Shown: positions 29,818 through 39,992 of the stretch, piece after piece
Layout of the letters: the number at the start of each line of letters is the position of its first letter
Numbering within the stretch: position 1 is the stretch's first letter
NCBI GenBank assembly: GCA_963718525.1
Contig: OY970355.1
Coordinates: 2,688,001-2,752,000 of the forward strand
DNA length: 64,000 bases
Source: Candidatus Dormiibacterota bacterium
GTDB lineage: Bacteria > Chloroflexota > Dormibacteria > Aeolococcales > Aeolococcaceae
Reading direction: 5' to 3'
The notes under the pieces: model-generated
Database searches by the model: none
What the model was told of the DNA's origin: nothing
Seen by the model: only the letters and a program-made list of their open reading frames with translations
Translations under genes and position numbers: made by a program

Positions 29818-30579
29818 GTGGACAGACGGAAGGCTGTGGTTGCGACCGGGTTGGCGAGCCTGAGCATCAGCCTTGTCGCGCTGGCCGCCGGCCCCGTGGT
29901 CGCCGAGGCAGCGTTCCAAACCCTCACGTGCTCATCGGCGCCAGCCGCCGGAGGCGGCTCACCGCACGTGTGTCACATCTCGACCGCGGCATACCTGAAT
30001 GCTCCGACCCTCCACCAGGAGATGCCGCTCGACTGCGAATCTGCAGCGCTTGCGGTGGCGTTGCAAACTCGGGGCTTTGCTCTGACCCAGAACTGGGTGT
30101 TCGCTCAGCTTCCGAAGCAGCCGCAACGCGCGGTTGTTTCCCGCGGGCGTCCGGTGACCTGGGGAGATCCGTTTGCGGCGTTCGTCGGCAATGTCGACGG
30201 ATCGGAGACCAACTACACGGGCTATGGGGTGTACTACCCGCCGATCGCGGCGGCCGCTGCGCGTGCCGGGGCCACGACGGACGCTCGTACCGGCTGGACC
30301 ACGAGCACGATCGAGCTGCAGATACAGCTCGGCCACCCCGTTGTCGTGTGGACGAACTTCAATTTCGCCTACTCAGGGACCAACACCTGGACCGCCTGGG
30401 ATGGCCGCGTCGTGCACTACACGACAGCTGAGCACGCCGTGACGGTGATCGGATTCGACTCCCGTGCCGGCACGGTCACGGTGATCGACGTGGGTGTCGG
30501 TCTGCGCAGGACCATCTCCACCGCCGAATTTTCGTCGGCCATCGCGACATTCGGGGGCATGGGCGTCGCCGTCTGGTGA
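29818..30579 (+). CDS. Secreted C39-like cysteine peptidase
   Basis: Signal peptide; QEMPLDCESAAL, GDPFAAFVG, EHAVTVIGFD. Confidence 0.8.
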   Translation: MDRRKAVVATGLASLSISLVALAAGPVVAEAAFQTLTCSSAPAAGGGSPHVCHISTAAYLNAPTLHQEMPLDCESAALAVALQTRGFALTQNWVFAQLPKQPQRAVVSRGRPVTWGDPFAAFVGNVDGSETNYTGYGVYYPPIAAAAARAGATTDARTGWTTSTIELQIQLGHPVVVWTNFNFAYSGTNTWTAWDGRVVHYTTAEHAVTVIGFDSRAGTVTVIDVGVGLRRTISTAEFSSAIATFGGMGVAVW

Positions 30580-30612
30580 TCTCTGGCGACCGTAGACTCC
30601 GGGGCGCAGTCC

Positions 30613-31341
30613 ATGTACGTCGATGATCATGCGGGCCGCGATCCCGCAACTGTGTGGCTCCACCACGGTGTCGGCTCGACGCGCGCCTGGGATAGGTTGC
30701 TTCCGGATGCGGGTGGGGATCGCAGGACCATCGCCTTTGACCGTCGTGGATTCGGGCGCTCAAATCACGAGCGACAGTTCACCACCTCATTGTTCGACGA
30801 CGACACCGACGACCTCCGGTCGATGCTCGAGGAGCGAGTCACCGCGCCCGTCCACCTGATTGGCCATAGCGACGGAGGCACGGTTGCGCTGCTCCTCGCC
30901 GCCCGGGCTCCTGACATGGTTCGGAGCGTCGCCGTGGTTGCGGTTCACGTTCGCGGTGACGACCTGACCGTGGCTACACTCCGGCGCATGGGTCCGCCTG
31001 ACCAGTGGCCTGAGCCGTTGCGCCGCAGCCTTCGGCGCGCCCACGGCGAGGACTGGGCGGCGGTCGCCGGCGGGTGGCACGCACTCTGGACCTCACCGGA
31101 GTGGGAGCGCTGGAGCATCGTCGACGAGCTCACCGCCATCCGGTGCCCGGTCTACGTGATGCACGGTCTCCGCGACGAGCTCTCGCCCCGTCTGCACGCC
31201 GATGCGATTGCCGAGGCCGTGCCCGCGGCGCGGATCAGCTGGGTTGACACGGCGACCCACGACCCACACCGCGTCCAGCCGCAACGTTTCCTCACCGAGC
31301 TGCAGTCGTTCTGGGTTGACGCCGAGGCGGGCGGTGCCTGA
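30613..31341 (+). CDS. Alpha/beta hydrolase
   Basis: HHGVG, DRRGFGRS, GHSDGG. Confidence 0.85.
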   Translation: MYVDDHAGRDPATVWLHHGVGSTRAWDRLLPDAGGDRRTIAFDRRGFGRSNHERQFTTSLFDDDTDDLRSMLEERVTAPVHLIGHSDGGTVALLLAARAPDMVRSVAVVAVHVRGDDLTVATLRRMGPPDQWPEPLRRSLRRAHGEDWAAVAGGWHALWTSPEWERWSIVDELTAIRCPVYVMHGLRDELSPRLHADAIAEAVPAARISWVDTATHDPHRVQPQRFLTELQSFWVDAEAGGA

Positions 31342-32890
31342 CCGCTTCAACGCCTGTGAATGGCTGGTTGATCGCCACGTCGAGGCCGGAGACGGCGCTC
31401 GAATCGCGCTGCTCGAGGGCGACACGACGATCAGCTATGCGGAGTTGCTCGACTCGATCACTGCGGCAGCGGGCGGTCTCCGCCGCCTCGGCGTCAGGCC
31501 CGAGGAGCGGGTCCTGATGATCCTGCGGGACGGGCCGGAGCTCGCGGTCGCGATCCTCGCGACGATGCGCATCGGAGCGGTCGCGCTGCCCGTCAATCCG
31601 CTCCTGCCACCTCGCGACCTGGTCGCCATCGCGCGTGACGCTCGCGCGCGCTGTGTCGTCGTCGCCGGCGATGCGAAAGCCCTGATCATCGCGCTGAGCG
31701 ATGAGGCACCTGACGTCACCGACCTGGTTCGAGTGGGACCCGACGCCGACGGCAACGCAACCGGACCACTTTGGTCGGACATTCTCGCGAGTGGTGGCGA
31801 TGGTGCCTGCGACGGGACGTCTGCGGAATCCCCATCGTTCTGGCTGTGCACCTCGGGCACCACCGGGCGTCCAAAGCTGGCCATGCACCGCCACGCTGAC
31901 ATCCGGACGACGTGCGCAGGGTATGCGCGTGAGGTGCTGGCGGTGCAGCTGGGTGATCGGCATCTCTCGGTCGCCCCGATGTTCCACGCATACGGGTTCG
32001 GGAACTCACTGACGTTCCCCCTTGCGGCCGGCGCGGAAGCCGTGCTCGAACCGACCCGTCCGCCGACGCCGGCACTTGTGGCGGCGTTGATGGAGCGGCA
32101 CCGGCCGACCCTCTTCTTTGCCGTCCCGACGTTCTATGCGGCGCTCGTGACCGCAGCGATCCCGGACACGACGTTCACATCACTCCGCCATGCGGTGTCC
32201 GCGGGTGAGGCGCTTCCAGCCGAGCTCTTTCACCGCTTTCACGAGCGTTTCGGCGTCGAGATACTCGACGGGATCGGCTCGACTGAACTGACCCACATCT
32301 TCATCTCGAACCGCCCTGGGCAGGCGGTGCCGGGGGCATCCGGCACGCCGGTGGGCGGCCATATGGTCCGACTGCTCGACGACGAGGGAGGCCCGGTGGC
32401 AGTCGAAGCCCCCGGCCAGCTGTGGGTCTCGGGTGATGCCGCGGCGACCGGCTACTGGTGTCGGAGTGAGGAGACGCGGCGCACGTTTGTCGGGGATTGG
32501 GTGGCCACCGGGGATCTCTATGCGGTTGACGCCGCCGGTGTGTATCGCCATCTCGGACGCCGTGACGACATGCTCAAGGTCGGCGGCGAATGGGTGTCGC
32601 CGGCTGAGGTGGAGAACGTGCTCCTCGGCCACGAGAGTGTCGCCGAGGCGGCGGTGGTCGGTGCGCGATCGGGCGATCGATTGATGCGGGCCGTTGCTTT
32701 CGTGGTGCCTCGACCCGGCGCGCACCTCGACCCCGAGGACGTACTCGCGCGATGCCGCGCCGAGCTTGCCGGTTACAAGCGTCCGCGCCGCCTCATCGTC
32801 GTCGCCACCCTCCCGAAGACCGCGACCGGCAAGGTGATTCGGGCCGACCTCCGCCGCGAAGCCGAAGCGATGCTCAGCGAGCCGGCGTGA
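31334..32890 (+). CDS. Benzoate-CoA ligase family protein
   Basis: FNACEWLVDRHV, TSGTTGRPK, FHAYGFGN, SAGEALP, DGIGSTE, LPKTATGK; convergent with boxB. Confidence 0.9.
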   Translation: MPDRFNACEWLVDRHVEAGDGARIALLEGDTTISYAELLDSITAAAGGLRRLGVRPEERVLMILRDGPELAVAILATMRIGAVALPVNPLLPPRDLVAIARDARARCVVVAGDAKALIIALSDEAPDVTDLVRVGPDADGNATGPLWSDILASGGDGACDGTSAESPSFWLCTSGTTGRPKLAMHRHADIRTTCAGYAREVLAVQLGDRHLSVAPMFHAYGFGNSLTFPLAAGAEAVLEPTRPPTPALVAALMERHRPTLFFAVPTFYAALVTAAIPDTTFTSLRHAVSAGEALPAELFHRFHERFGVEILDGIGSTELTHIFISNRPGQAVPGASGTPVGGHMVRLLDDEGGPVAVEAPGQLWVSGDAAATGYWCRSEETRRTFVGDWVATGDLYAVDAAGVYRHLGRRDDMLKVGGEWVSPAEVENVLLGHESVAEAAVVGARSGDRLMRAVAFVVPRPGAHLDPEDVLARCRAELAGYKRPRRLIVVATLPKTATGKVIRADLRREAEAMLSEPA

Positions 32891-32896
32891 GCCCGC

Positions 32897-34315
32897 CTAC
32901 GTCAGGTGGACGTACACGTAGTCGATGGGCTGGCCGTTGATCCCGGTCGCAGGCGGTGCGATCCAGGCCGCCATCTTGCCCGGTTCGAACACCGGCTTCA
33001 TGAGCGATTGGACGTAATCGAAATCAGCTGCGGTCGGCAGCCATTCGGGTTCACCGCGCGCCCAGGCGTCCGCGTCGACGAGCGATCCATCAGGCGTCAC
33101 CCAAGAGGCCGCAAACGCGCCGACACGACGGTTGAACCCGTGATGGGGCAAGGCCAGTGTCCTGTCGACGCCGGCCTGTTGGAGAATTCGATTCCAGCGT
33201 CGAACACCGTTGTTGCAGTCGGTGAAATACTCCGACCGCAGGTCCTGGTTCAGCGCGGTGAGCGCCGGGATACTGGCCTGTTCAACGCGCCCGTCGATGA
33301 CGATATCGACGGCGGCCATGAGCTCGGTGAGCTGATGGTCGTCGGCTCTGCGCTCCTCCTGCCAGCGTCCCTTCAGGCCGGCGGTGAAGTAGTTGGCAAC
33401 GTTGGTGGAGCGCTCTCCGCCGAAGAGATCGAGGGAGACGCTGTAGTGAAAATTCAAATATCGCTGCAGGACGTCAAGGGGGATGCCGCCGTATTTCTTG
33501 ACGTCATCGGTGTCGTGGTCGCGCATGAGTTCGGCGGTTCGCCGCACCACCCTGTCGATGCCGGTGGTCCCGACCATCATGTGGTGCGCCTCTTCGCGGA
33601 GCATGAAGCGGCACGTGCGCGACAGCGGGTCGAAACCGCTCTCGGCGAGGGTGCCCAGCTGGAATTTGCCGTCGCGGTCGGTGAAGTAGGTGAACATGAA
33701 GAAGGCGAGCCAGTCTCGGGTCGGTTCGTTGAAAGCGCCAAGGATGCGCGGTGCATCCACGCTGCCCGAGTGGCGCATCAGCAGCTCCTCGGCCTGCTCA
33801 CGTCCCTCGCGACCGAAGAATGCGTGGAGCAGGTAGACCATCGCCCAAAGGTGGCGCCCTTCCTCGACATTGACCTGGAAAAGATTGCGAAGGTCATACA
33901 GGCTCGGTGCCGTGAATCCGAGCAGCCGCTGCTGCTCCACTGACGCCGGCTCCGTGTCTCCCTGAACGACGAGCAGACGCTGCAGGTCGGCGCGATACTC
34001 GCCTGGTACCTGCTGCCATGCCGCCGTGCCCATGTGCTCACCAAAAGCAATGCGGCGGTCCGGTTCGCGATCGGCGAGGAAGATCCCCCATCGGTACTCC
34101 TCGAGCGGAATGTGTCCGAAGTGCGCCCATCCATCACGGTCCGCGCTGATCGCGGTGCGCAGGTAGACGTCGCGCGCGATGAGGTCCGGGCCGAGGTCGC
34201 GCCACCACTGCATGAAGCGCGGTTGCCACGCTTCGAGCGCGCGTTGCAGGCGCCGGTCGCCACGGAGATCCACGTTGTTGGGGATCCGGTCTGTGTAATC
34301 GGCGCTGAGGCTCAT
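32897..34315 (-). CDS. boxB: Benzoyl-CoA 2,3-epoxidase oxygenase subunit
   Basis: IPNNVDL, QGDTEPASVEQQ, VEEGRHLWAM, FTDRDGKFQL, EEAHHM diiron motifs. Confidence 0.95.
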   Translation of the reverse strand: MSLSADYTDRIPNNVDLRGDRRLQRALEAWQPRFMQWWRDLGPDLIARDVYLRTAISADRDGWAHFGHIPLEEYRWGIFLADREPDRRIAFGEHMGTAAWQQVPGEYRADLQRLLVVQGDTEPASVEQQRLLGFTAPSLYDLRNLFQVNVEEGRHLWAMVYLLHAFFGREGREQAEELLMRHSGSVDAPRILGAFNEPTRDWLAFFMFTYFTDRDGKFQLGTLAESGFDPLSRTCRFMLREEAHHMMVGTTGIDRVVRRTAELMRDHDTDDVKKYGGIPLDVLQRYLNFHYSVSLDLFGGERSTNVANYFTAGLKGRWQEERRADDHQLTELMAAVDIVIDGRVEQASIPALTALNQDLRSEYFTDCNNGVRRWNRILQQAGVDRTLALPHHGFNRRVGAFAASWVTPDGSLVDADAWARGEPEWLPTAADFDYVQSLMKPVFEPGKMAAWIAPPATGINGQPIDYVYVHLT

Positions 34316-34316
34316 G

Positions 34317-36020
34317 TCACACCCGCTCCCTGTCAAGCGACGCGCGCTGACCGCTCCCGTATCGCCGGAGCGCGCCGGCCGGGCCGATCGCGTTGGGGCG
34401 GCTGAACACCCAATTCTGCCAGGCGGTGAGCCGTCCGAAGATCTTGGTTTCCATGGTTTCCGGTCCGACGAATCGCATGTTCGCCTCCATGGCGGTGAGG
34501 GCATCGGGGCTGAATGCGGCGCGCTGTTCCAGCGCGATGCGGACCTCGTCGTCCCAGTCGATGGCGTCCGGGGCGAAGGTCACGAGTCCCAGCTCCGATG
34601 CTGCGGCAGCATCGATGGGGGCGCCCATCGCCGCTCTGGCGGCGTCGAGCTCGGAGGTGCGTCCGAAGAATCGCGACTCGAGCCGTGTCAGCGCATTGCC
34701 CATCGGGTACATACCCAGATTCGAGTTGGTCACCACGATGACGGCCGGTGCGTCCTGCTCCTCGATCGTACCGTCGAGCATGAACTGCTCGTCGCAGGCC
34801 AGCGCGAGCTCCAGCAGGAGTCCGCCAAAACAACTGCCAGGCTCGATCGCCGCAAGCAGGCTGCGGCTGGTCACATCAAGACGCTTGAAGACGCGTTTCA
34901 GGAGGAGCACCACCTCGTTGACGAACCAATCTGCGCCGGAACGCTCGAGCAGGAATCGGTCGTGCGCGAGGACGCGGTCCATGTCACCCACCGTCTTGAA
35001 TATCCACGTCCCAAGGGTGACCTCGTTGGTGCGCAGGCGGAGGATCACGTCGTCGAGCTCGCGTGCCAATGCGAGTGGCCAGTACCGGCTGCCTTGGTCG
35101 CGGGCGCCGGCGGCATCACCCGGAGCCGGCTGTTCGGGCCCTCGGATGGTGATCGTGACAATTCCAGCGGCCCGGTCCAGGTGTACGCTCACGTGCCGGT
35201 AATCGCCGCTGGTGTCATCCCACGCTGCGTCAAGTGGTTCGAGCGAGATCCCGCGTGCCGGTTTCGTGCGCGATCTGCGTGCCGCCGCGACTGCCAGCGC
35301 ACGGGTGCGCACCGACTCGTCGAACTGACCGCGAGGAACAGCCGCATCGACCAAACCCCATGTCACGGCAGTGTGCGCTTTCACTCCCTCGCTCTTGGTC
35401 ACGAAGACGTCGGCCAGATCCCGGCGCACGTGCCGCTTCTCGCCAAGACGCGTGAGACCACCGGTTGCCGGCAACACGGCGAGCAACGGGAGTTCGGGAA
35501 GCGATACCGCCGACGACCCGTCGTCGATGAGCAGGATCTCATCGCACGCAAGCGCCAGTTCGTACCCGCCGCCGGCGGCGGCGCCATTGACCGCCGCCAG
35601 ATAGGTTTGGCCCGAGTTGGCGCTGGCGTCCTCCATCTCGAGCCGCGTCTCGTTGGTGAACTTGCAGAAATTGACCTTCCAGGGGTGTGTTGCTTGAGCG
35701 AGCATCCCGATGTTCGCGCCGGCGGAAAAGCAGCGGTCCTTCGCGGAGGTGATCACGACGCATCCGACCTCTGGATGCTCGAAGCGAAGGCGCTGAACTG
35801 CGTCGTGGAGTTCGATGTCCACACCGAGGTCGTACGAGTTCAACTTCATGGCGTATCCCGGACGCAGCCCACGTTCCTCGTCAACATCCATGGCGAGCGT
35901 CGCGACAGCGCCGTCGATGCTCAGGTGCCAATGCCGGTAGCGGGAGGGGTCGGTTGCGAACGAGACGGCCGGGGCACGTTCATCGGTCGCGGCGACCTTC
36001 GCGGCGGCTTCGAGCGCCAA
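34317..36020 (-). CDS. boxC: 2,3-epoxybenzoyl-CoA dihydrolase
   Basis: YRHW, KLNSYDLGVDIEL, WKVNFCKFTNETR, ETMETKIFGRLTAWQNW; GGAGG upstream of TTG. Confidence 0.95.
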   Translation of the reverse strand: MALEAAAKVAATDERAPAVSFATDPSRYRHWHLSIDGAVATLAMDVDEERGLRPGYAMKLNSYDLGVDIELHDAVQRLRFEHPEVGCVVITSAKDRCFSAGANIGMLAQATHPWKVNFCKFTNETRLEMEDASANSGQTYLAAVNGAAAGGGYELALACDEILLIDDGSSAVSLPELPLLAVLPATGGLTRLGEKRHVRRDLADVFVTKSEGVKAHTAVTWGLVDAAVPRGQFDESVRTRALAVAAARRSRTKPARGISLEPLDAAWDDTSGDYRHVSVHLDRAAGIVTITIRGPEQPAPGDAAGARDQGSRYWPLALARELDDVILRLRTNEVTLGTWIFKTVGDMDRVLAHDRFLLERSGADWFVNEVVLLLKRVFKRLDVTSRSLLAAIEPGSCFGGLLLELALACDEQFMLDGTIEEQDAPAVIVVTNSNLGMYPMGNALTRLESRFFGRTSELDAARAAMGAPIDAAAASELGLVTFAPDAIDWDDEVRIALEQRAAFSPDALTAMEANMRFVGPETMETKIFGRLTAWQNWVFSRPNAIGPAGALRRYGSGQRASLDRERV

Positions 36021-36146
36021 TTCGTCCAGACCTCCGCAGCACGGGCGATTCCTTATCCATTATGGACGCCGGCTCCGCTTCCCCCATAGCGGCGGAAGCC
36101 TCTGCCCGGGACGATGAATCAGGTAGCTGGTTGCTCCAGGCATGAA

Positions 36147-36166
36147 TCTCTGACTAGAGTCAGAGA
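36147..36166. promoter_or_regulatory. Perfect inverted repeat over the -10 box (probable MarR autoregulatory operator)
   Basis: TCTCTGACT-AG-AGTCAGAGA spans TAGAGT (36155-36160), 6 nt before ATG 36167. Confidence 0.7.
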
Positions 36167-37069
36167 ATGGACCAAGCGCTGATCGCGCAGCTCCGCCGCT
36201 TCAACCGGGTGGTCACCCAGCACGTCGGCGCCCTCAACGAGCGATTCCTGGACCGAGCTCACTCCCTCGGGGAGGCCAGGGTGATGTGGGAGATCGGCGC
36301 GCAAGGCTGCGACGTGCGTGCGCTGCGCCAGCGGCTGGGGCTGGACTCCGGATACCTCAGCCGGCTGCTTGGTCGTCTCGTCGTCGGCGGGCTCGTGAGC
36401 ATCGGTCAGAACGAATCGGATCGACGGATTCGAACGGCGCGGCTCACGGCATCCGGTTTGCGGGAGTGGTCGGTGCTCGATGCGCGCAGCAATGCGCTCG
36501 CCGAGTCACTCCTCGCTCCGCTGGCGCCGGGGCAGCGAGATCGTCTGTGTGCTGCCATGGCTGACGTCCAGCGACTCCTCACGGTCGCGAGCGTCGAGAT
36601 CGCAATCATCGATCCAGCTCGCCCGGAGGCTCGCCAGTGCATCAACTCGTATTTCGCCGAACTCGACCGGCGGTTCGACACTGGCTTTGACCCGTCGAAG
36701 ACGATCAGCGCAGACGACGTTGAGCTGCGATTACCCGCCGGGCTGCTCGTGGTCGTGTGGCTGCAGGGACGCCCGGTCGGATGCGGTGGGCTCAAATTTC
36801 ACGGGGACCAGCCCGCGGAGCTCAAGCGAATGTGGGTCGCCGACACCGCGCGCGGACTCGGCATCGGTCGCCGCCTGCTCACCGATCTGGAACGGCTCGC
36901 CGTGAAGCACGGTGCGCGGACGGTGCGACTCGAGACGAACGGAACGCTCACAGAGGCGATCAGCCTGTACCGATCGGCCGGCTATATCGAGGTTCCGGCC
37001 TTCAACGACGAGCAGTACGCGCACCACTGGTTCGAGAAGCGTCTGGCGGAACACTCGCACTCGACGTAG
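36167..37069 (+). CDS. MarR-HTH/GNAT acetyltransferase bifunctional regulator
   Basis: LRRFNR, LGLDSGYLSRLL, DRR; C-terminal ELKRMWV...RGLGIGRRLL...LETN...LYRSAGY. Confidence 0.9.
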   Translation: MDQALIAQLRRFNRVVTQHVGALNERFLDRAHSLGEARVMWEIGAQGCDVRALRQRLGLDSGYLSRLLGRLVVGGLVSIGQNESDRRIRTARLTASGLREWSVLDARSNALAESLLAPLAPGQRDRLCAAMADVQRLLTVASVEIAIIDPARPEARQCINSYFAELDRRFDTGFDPSKTISADDVELRLPAGLLVVVWLQGRPVGCGGLKFHGDQPAELKRMWVADTARGLGIGRRLLTDLERLAVKHGARTVRLETNGTLTEAISLYRSAGYIEVPAFNDEQYAHHWFEKRLAEHSHST

Positions 37070-37129
37070 CCGGACCGCGCGTCGGTGTGACGCTGTTGGC
37101 GACGGCCGGCGAAACCGTAGTGTTGCGGA

Positions 37130-37609
37130 ATGCCTGGAGCACCGGAGGTGGACTTGCCACCGGGCAACGCCGACGATCGCGAACTGCTGCTCAGCTGGCT
37201 TGCCTGGCTGCGCGCTGCGGTGCTCCGGAAGATCGAAGGTCTCAACGATGCAGACGCCCGCTGGACGCCGGAGGGTGCGCTCATCTCGCTGCTGGGCATC
37301 GTCAACCATCTCACGCACGTGGAGTGGCGATGGATTGATGGAGCCATGCGTGGTGGCGCGACAAGCCGCCTCGAGGCGGAGTTCCGACCCGGCGCTGAGC
37401 TGAGCGTGGCCTCTGCGGTTGCTGCGTATCGTGACCGGGCTGCCGCGACGGAGGACTACGTTCGTTCGACGCCACTCGACCGCCCGACGCGAAAGGGAGA
37501 TGGGACGGATCTGCGCTGGGTGCTGCTCCACCTCATCAACGAGACCGCACGCCACGCCGGCCATGCGGACGCTACGCGCGAGCTGTTGGATGGACTGACC
37601 GGCGAGTGA
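37130..37609 (+). CDS. DinB/DUF664 family protein
   Basis: LLGIVNHLTHVEWRW, LRWVLLHLINETARHAGHAD. Confidence 0.88.
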   Translation: MPGAPEVDLPPGNADDRELLLSWLAWLRAAVLRKIEGLNDADARWTPEGALISLLGIVNHLTHVEWRWIDGAMRGGATSRLEAEFRPGAELSVASAVAAYRDRAAATEDYVRSTPLDRPTRKGDGTDLRWVLLHLINETARHAGHADATRELLDGLTGE

Positions 37610-37613
37610 CGGA

Positions 37614-38450
37614 TCAGCGGGCGATCGGTGGACCGCTGCTGACAACGCGCTCGACCAATTCGGGCGATGCGCCGGGCGGAAAGCTCTCGAGTATCCAGGT
37701 CACACCGGCCTGGTCGAGGGCCGCGACCGTTTTCGGCACGCGCTCCGGCTCCTCGAGCGCGAGCTTGCAGCGCACCGCGATGTCGATGTCCGGCGATCCG
37801 AGATCCGTCAACGCATCTCGGATCGCCTGCACATCCGTGGGATCGGGAGACTGCTGCGTGCTGTCGGTTGGAAAGATCGGAAAACAGCCCTGCAGCTTGG
37901 CGATCCGCCTGAGCGGCTTGCGATTCGGCCACCGGATTGCTCCCCACATCGGCAACGGCGTCTGCCGTGGCGTAGGCAGGAGCGCAGGGGAATTCACGAC
38001 GTAGTGCCGCCCACGGAATGTGACGGGCTGTCCGGTGAGAAAACGCTGAACAAGTTCCAGCGCCTCGTCGAGCATCTGTCCTCGAACGACGGCATCAGCC
38101 TCATCTCCAAACGAGCTGAACTCGGACCATCCATCGTCCCCGAGCCCGATACCGCCGATGAGTTGGCCGTCGCAGAGACGATCGAGCGTCGCCATCTGCC
38201 GGCTGAGCACCCATGGCCGCCGTCGCGGCAGCGGTGTCACCAGCGCTCCCAGTCGCAGTCGCGTTGTGGCAACCGCCACCGCGGCCATCGTGATCCATGG
38301 ATCCGCAACCGCCATCCCGGGAGCGGCGAGCATGTGATCCCAGAGGAAGAGCCCATCCCAGCCGGCATCCTCTGACCGCTTCGACAGCGCCATCACACGC
38401 CGCGGTTCTGCGAACTCCGCAAACGGCGGGAGGAAGACTCCGAAATGCAC
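37614..38450 (-). CDS. LLM class flavin-dependent oxidoreductase
   Basis: AGWDGLFLWDH, DPW, LGALVTPLPRRRP. Confidence 0.88.
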   Translation of the reverse strand: MHFGVFLPPFAEFAEPRRVMALSKRSEDAGWDGLFLWDHMLAAPGMAVADPWITMAAVAVATTRLRLGALVTPLPRRRPWVLSRQMATLDRLCDGQLIGGIGLGDDGWSEFSSFGDEADAVVRGQMLDEALELVQRFLTGQPVTFRGRHYVVNSPALLPTPRQTPLPMWGAIRWPNRKPLRRIAKLQGCFPIFPTDSTQQSPDPTDVQAIRDALTDLGSPDIDIAVRCKLALEEPERVPKTVAALDQAGVTWILESFPPGASPELVERVVSSGPPIAR

Positions 38451-38466
38451 TCCGAGGGAGGCTGCG

Positions 38467-38640
38467 TCAGATGGCGATGGCGATCTTCACGCCGAGAAGT
38501 ATCAACGGCCAGACGATCACTGCAAGGATCGCTGACAGGATCGCCCCGATGGTGCCGACATGGTCAAAGAAATGGTGGGTCGCCGCCACGACGATGCCGA
38601 TCACGATCCAAAGGATTGGCAGCAGGGACATGCCTCGCAT
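38467..38640 (-). CDS. Small two-helix membrane protein (57 aa)
   Basis: MRGMSLLPILWIVIGIVVAATHHFFDHVGTIGAILSAILAVIVWPLILLGVKIAIAI; AAGGAGG RBS; below the ORF-track cutoff. Confidence 0.75.
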   Translation of the reverse strand: MRGMSLLPILWIVIGIVVAATHHFFDHVGTIGAILSAILAVIVWPLILLGVKIAIAI

Positions 38641-38675
38641 GCTCGACCTCCTTGGGTGGTGCTGACGCTGAGCGG

Positions 38676-38867
38676 TCAGCGACCGTCGGCGGTGTCTTTG
38701 AGGGCCTCCCCAGCGCCTTTCAACTTGTCGCCGGCATCGCCGACGGCGTGCTCGACCTTCCCCACTCCCTGCTGGGTCTTGCCTTCTGACTCGCGTTCGG
38801 CATCCCCGGTCACCTTGCCCTGGACTTCCTTCGCCTTGCCGACGACCTGATCAGCTTCTCCAGACAT
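38676..38867 (-). CDS. CsbD family stress protein
   Basis: MSGEADQVVGKAKEVQGKVTGD....EGKTQQ..GK; GGAGG RBS. Confidence 0.85.
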   Translation of the reverse strand: MSGEADQVVGKAKEVQGKVTGDAERESEGKTQQGVGKVEHAVGDAGDKLKGAGEALKDTADGR

Positions 38868-39007
38868 TTGCCCGACCTCCAACTGCGAGACCGGAGCCAT
38901 GTAGGCTACCGGCCTGTCGCTTTGATGTGATAGTCGCAGTATCACACAATGCACCATCGCATGTTGGGCGCATGCGGGGCTGCGGAAGAGAAGGCGGCCC
39001 CGCCGGC

Positions 39008-39880
39008 CTACCAGTGCGCGAGGAGCCAGTCATGCACCTCGCCGAGACGACGCGCCGGCAGGGTCAGATGTCCGTCGTCCTCGCTGAGCCGAGCTTCAAC
39101 TCCCGGGATGTGGGTGGCCAGCCAGGCGCCATGACCGTAAGGCACAAAACGGTCCTGCCGGCCGTGGAGGAGCAGCGTGGGAATGGCGATGTCGTCCAGC
39201 GCGAAGCCCCATGGCTCTATATCCGCTACGCCGTCCTCCCACCACCCCTCGCAACCTGGACCAAGCCCCTGAACCGCGCTGTCCACGAAATACTGCGCGA
39301 GTTCGGGCGTGAAGACGGCTGCGTCGGCCTCGGAGACCAGCGTCATGATCAAGTCGCCAACCTGCTCGGCGGTAGCACCGAGCATCTCCAGGCGATCGTT
39401 CTCGAGCTTGACCCTCGCCGCATCCCTGTCGCGTAGCAGGAGTTTGTAGTCGTCCACATTCAAATCGCCCATACCGGCGAACCATTCGAGGCCTTCGGCT
39501 CCCCACGGCGCCGGTGAGGCGAGGGAAGCGGCAGCCGGGATGAGATCGGGCAGGAGCGCGGCACACGCGAGAACGTGCGGCCCGCCGCCGGAGATGCCCC
39601 ATGTCAGCACTCGGTCGAGACGCAGGGAGGAGCAGATGGCACGGACATCGTCGGCGCAGTCAGCAACAGACCGTCCTGGCCGCGGGCTGGATCCTCCATA
39701 CCCGGGGCGGTCATACGTGATGAAGCGCATGCCCCGCTCCGCGGCGCTGGCGACGTCGGGGGCGTACTGCAGCCGGGAATTAGGCGTGCCGTAATGGACG
39801 AGCACCGGGATGCCATCGGGCACGCCGCCTTCGGAGACCGCCAGCCTCCGGCCATCAGCGGTATCGATGATGCGTTCCAC
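39008..39880 (-). CDS. Alpha/beta hydrolase
   Basis: DGRRLA, GTPNSR, DRPGYGGS, GISGGG, PWGF, HGRQD. Confidence 0.88.
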   Translation of the reverse strand: MERIIDTADGRRLAVSEGGVPDGIPVLVHYGTPNSRLQYAPDVASAAERGMRFITYDRPGYGGSSPRPGRSVADCADDVRAICSSLRLDRVLTWGISGGGPHVLACAALLPDLIPAAASLASPAPWGAEGLEWFAGMGDLNVDDYKLLLRDRDAARVKLENDRLEMLGATAEQVGDLIMTLVSEADAAVFTPELAQYFVDSAVQGLGPGCEGWWEDGVADIEPWGFALDDIAIPTLLLHGRQDRFVPYGHGAWLATHIPGVEARLSEDDGHLTLPARRLGEVHDWLLAHW

Positions 39881-39992
39881 AGCTGCCCACCTCGTGTGAT
39901 GCGCCCACGGCCAAGAGCAACCGATTATCCACGGGAGCGGCATGGTCCACGGCGCTGCGGAGACGGCCCATTTGTCGATGTATGCTCCGGCG

